DNA of 64,000 bases from Cyanophora paradoxa CCMP329 (taxonomy: Eukaryota; Plantae; Glaucophyta), in NCBI GenBank assembly GCA_004431415.1, contig QPMI01000205.1, forward strand, positions 113,852 through 177,851, in the 5' to 3' direction. Made by a program: the position numbers and the translations under genes. The notes under the pieces were generated by a model, which searched no databases, had not been told where the DNA came from, and was given only the letters and a program-made list of their open reading frames with translations. Numbering within the stretch: the first letter of the stretch is position 1; each line of letters opens with the position of its first letter. Positions 62,301 through 64,000 of the stretch are shown piece after piece.

Positions 62301-62770
62301 GCGGATGGCGGACGCGGAGGACGCGGCGCCGGGGCCCTCGCCCGAGGCCATGCGCGCCCTCGCCGCCGAGCTCGGCCTCACCGGCGGCCGCTGGACCGCC
62401 TTCCTCCTCCCGACGAGGCCCGCCCCGCCCGCCCCGCCCCGCCCCGCCCGCCCCGCCCCGCCGCCCGCGGCCGTGACGGGGGCGGCAGGCGGAGGAGGCG
62501 TGGCGGGAGGTGGCGCGGCGGGTGGCCCGCGGCGAGCTGCCGCGCGGGGCGCTCCTGGAGCGGCGCGTGCAGCGCTGGGGCGGGGCGGAGCGGGTCGAGT
62601 TCCGCCTGGAGGTGCCGGCGGAGGAGGCGGAGGCGCAGCGCGCGCTGGCGGCGCTGCAGGCGGTGCCGGGCCTCGCCGGCCGCCTCGCCTTCCGCCCCGA
62701 CCTCTACCACGCCTGCCGCCTCCGCGCCGACAACGTCTGGGGCCTCCCCGCCACCACCCTCCGCGGCTGA
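59369..62770 (+). CDS. dnaG: Bacterial-type DnaG primase with targeting peptide, probably fused to a C-terminal UPF0696/DUF1917 domain
   Basis: CHC2 finger CPFHED...[45 protein letters not shown]; downstream exons GGRWTAFL...AWREVAR...FRPDLYH. Confidence 0.85.
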
Positions 62771-64000
62771 CCCCTCCGCCCCGCTCCAGCACGCATCCTT
62801 TGCACTTCGAGAAACACACAGGATGCAGACAAAACGATACAGCGAGACGGATCTCAATGGGGCTCCAGTCCGTGGGATGCAACCGACGGCGAGCGCCTAG
62901 CCCGCCATCCGGAACTATCGATACACCGCCGGAGCGGCTTCGGCCGGCCGGACCCTCGAAGGCCCCCTTGCGGGAGGGAGTGTGCCCTCCCCGGCACCTA
63001 GATGCAGTGCCGTATACTGTAAATTGCTGCACCGGTGGATCGGGAGGCGGGGCGGCGGCCTAGGCCTCCTGCAAGCGGGGGTAGAAGGGAGCCTGTCACA
63101 GTGTGCATGCGCATGCGGCGCGCGCGGAGTCGCGATCAGACTCTGAGAATCCAATCGAATCCTCGACCCCCCGGGCCGTACGCGTCGCGCCGCGGCGGCC
63201 GCCGAGACGGCGCCATGGGAGCGCCCGAGCTGCGAATTCGGGCACACGGTCTGCACGTGAGTCGCGATCGCATGCGCACGTGAGTCGTGTAGCTATAGCT
63301 TGCAGACTTAAGCTTGCACCGACCGCCGACCGGTACCGGCGACCGCTCAGTCACCGCTGATCAGGGGGGGTAGAGGTCAGAATTGAGAAGGCGGGCGCTG
63401 CATGGTCCAACGGGCGCGGTTGTGCCCGATCGCGGTCGACCGTTCACCGCGCTTTATAATTTCGATAAACCGCGTCCCGGCAAATTTGCTAGCGCTACTG
63501 CTGGGGGTAGCGTCGTTGCAACTTGCAAGTTGGCGTTTGCTGCGCATGCAGCGCGAGCTTGCAAGTTGCAATTGACAGCGCCGCAGCTGTACATGTAAGT
63601 GTGAACTTACACTGCAGGACGCGCGTGCGCCTAGCTATACGCAGAGCACCAGAAGGCTGGCGATAGCAGCTGCAGCAGCAGGGGCGGTCATATTCGGCCG
63701 CAAATGATCGCTGCGGTGCGCCACAGCTGCTGATCTCGGAGGGGCGCTCGCGGACTCCCCAACTCCCAGTGCGTACCGCCTCTTCGAATTCATCCCGGCT
63801 GTGAGCAAAGCTGAGCTGAGCGAGCTCTCTCCTCGCAGTAATTCGGTGAGCTCGTGGCCAGCGGCGGAGCGCAACTGCAGCCCTTGCACGTCAAAGTCGC
63901 GGCCGCTCGAGCAGTCGTCCTGCCGCCGTTGACAGCAGCAGCACAGCGGCAGGAGGCGCTGCTGGAGAACCGCCGGCTCAGCGGCCGGCCGCGCATTCGT

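Noticed and set aside
63635-64000. Minus-strand reading frame at the window end
   Set aside because: No recognisable motif or host-like codon pattern; cannot be supported without the adjacent sequence

Overview
Gene-dense, very GC-rich eukaryotic nuclear DNA with many short (about 55-120 nt) spliceosomal introns, so the ORF track is fragmentary and genes were stitched by hand. Ciliary genes (BBS1, DNAAF1) plus organelle-targeted POP polymerase, bacterial-type DnaG and LeuRS, with Phe-containing N-terminal leaders, suggest a flagellated primary-plastid alga, most likely a glaucophyte such as Cyanophora (inference). About 20 protein genes, one tRNA-Ser(CGA) and a low-GC WD40 pseudogene bracketed by about 50-bp direct repeats are present. 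Most unusual signals: (1) roughly half of the reliably placed introns are GC-AG, with a GY(C/G)CGC donor and a G-rich tract instead of a polypyrimidine tract; (2) a quasi-periodic C-rich/G-rich oscillation written into both introns and synonymous codons, with C-to-G switches often at branch points; (3) a DnaG primase apparently fused to a UPF0696/C11orf68-like domain; (4) a 46-nt armless tRNA-like minihelix. Several one-base frameshifts in G/C runs look like sequencing errors. Exon boundaries are manual and approximate.
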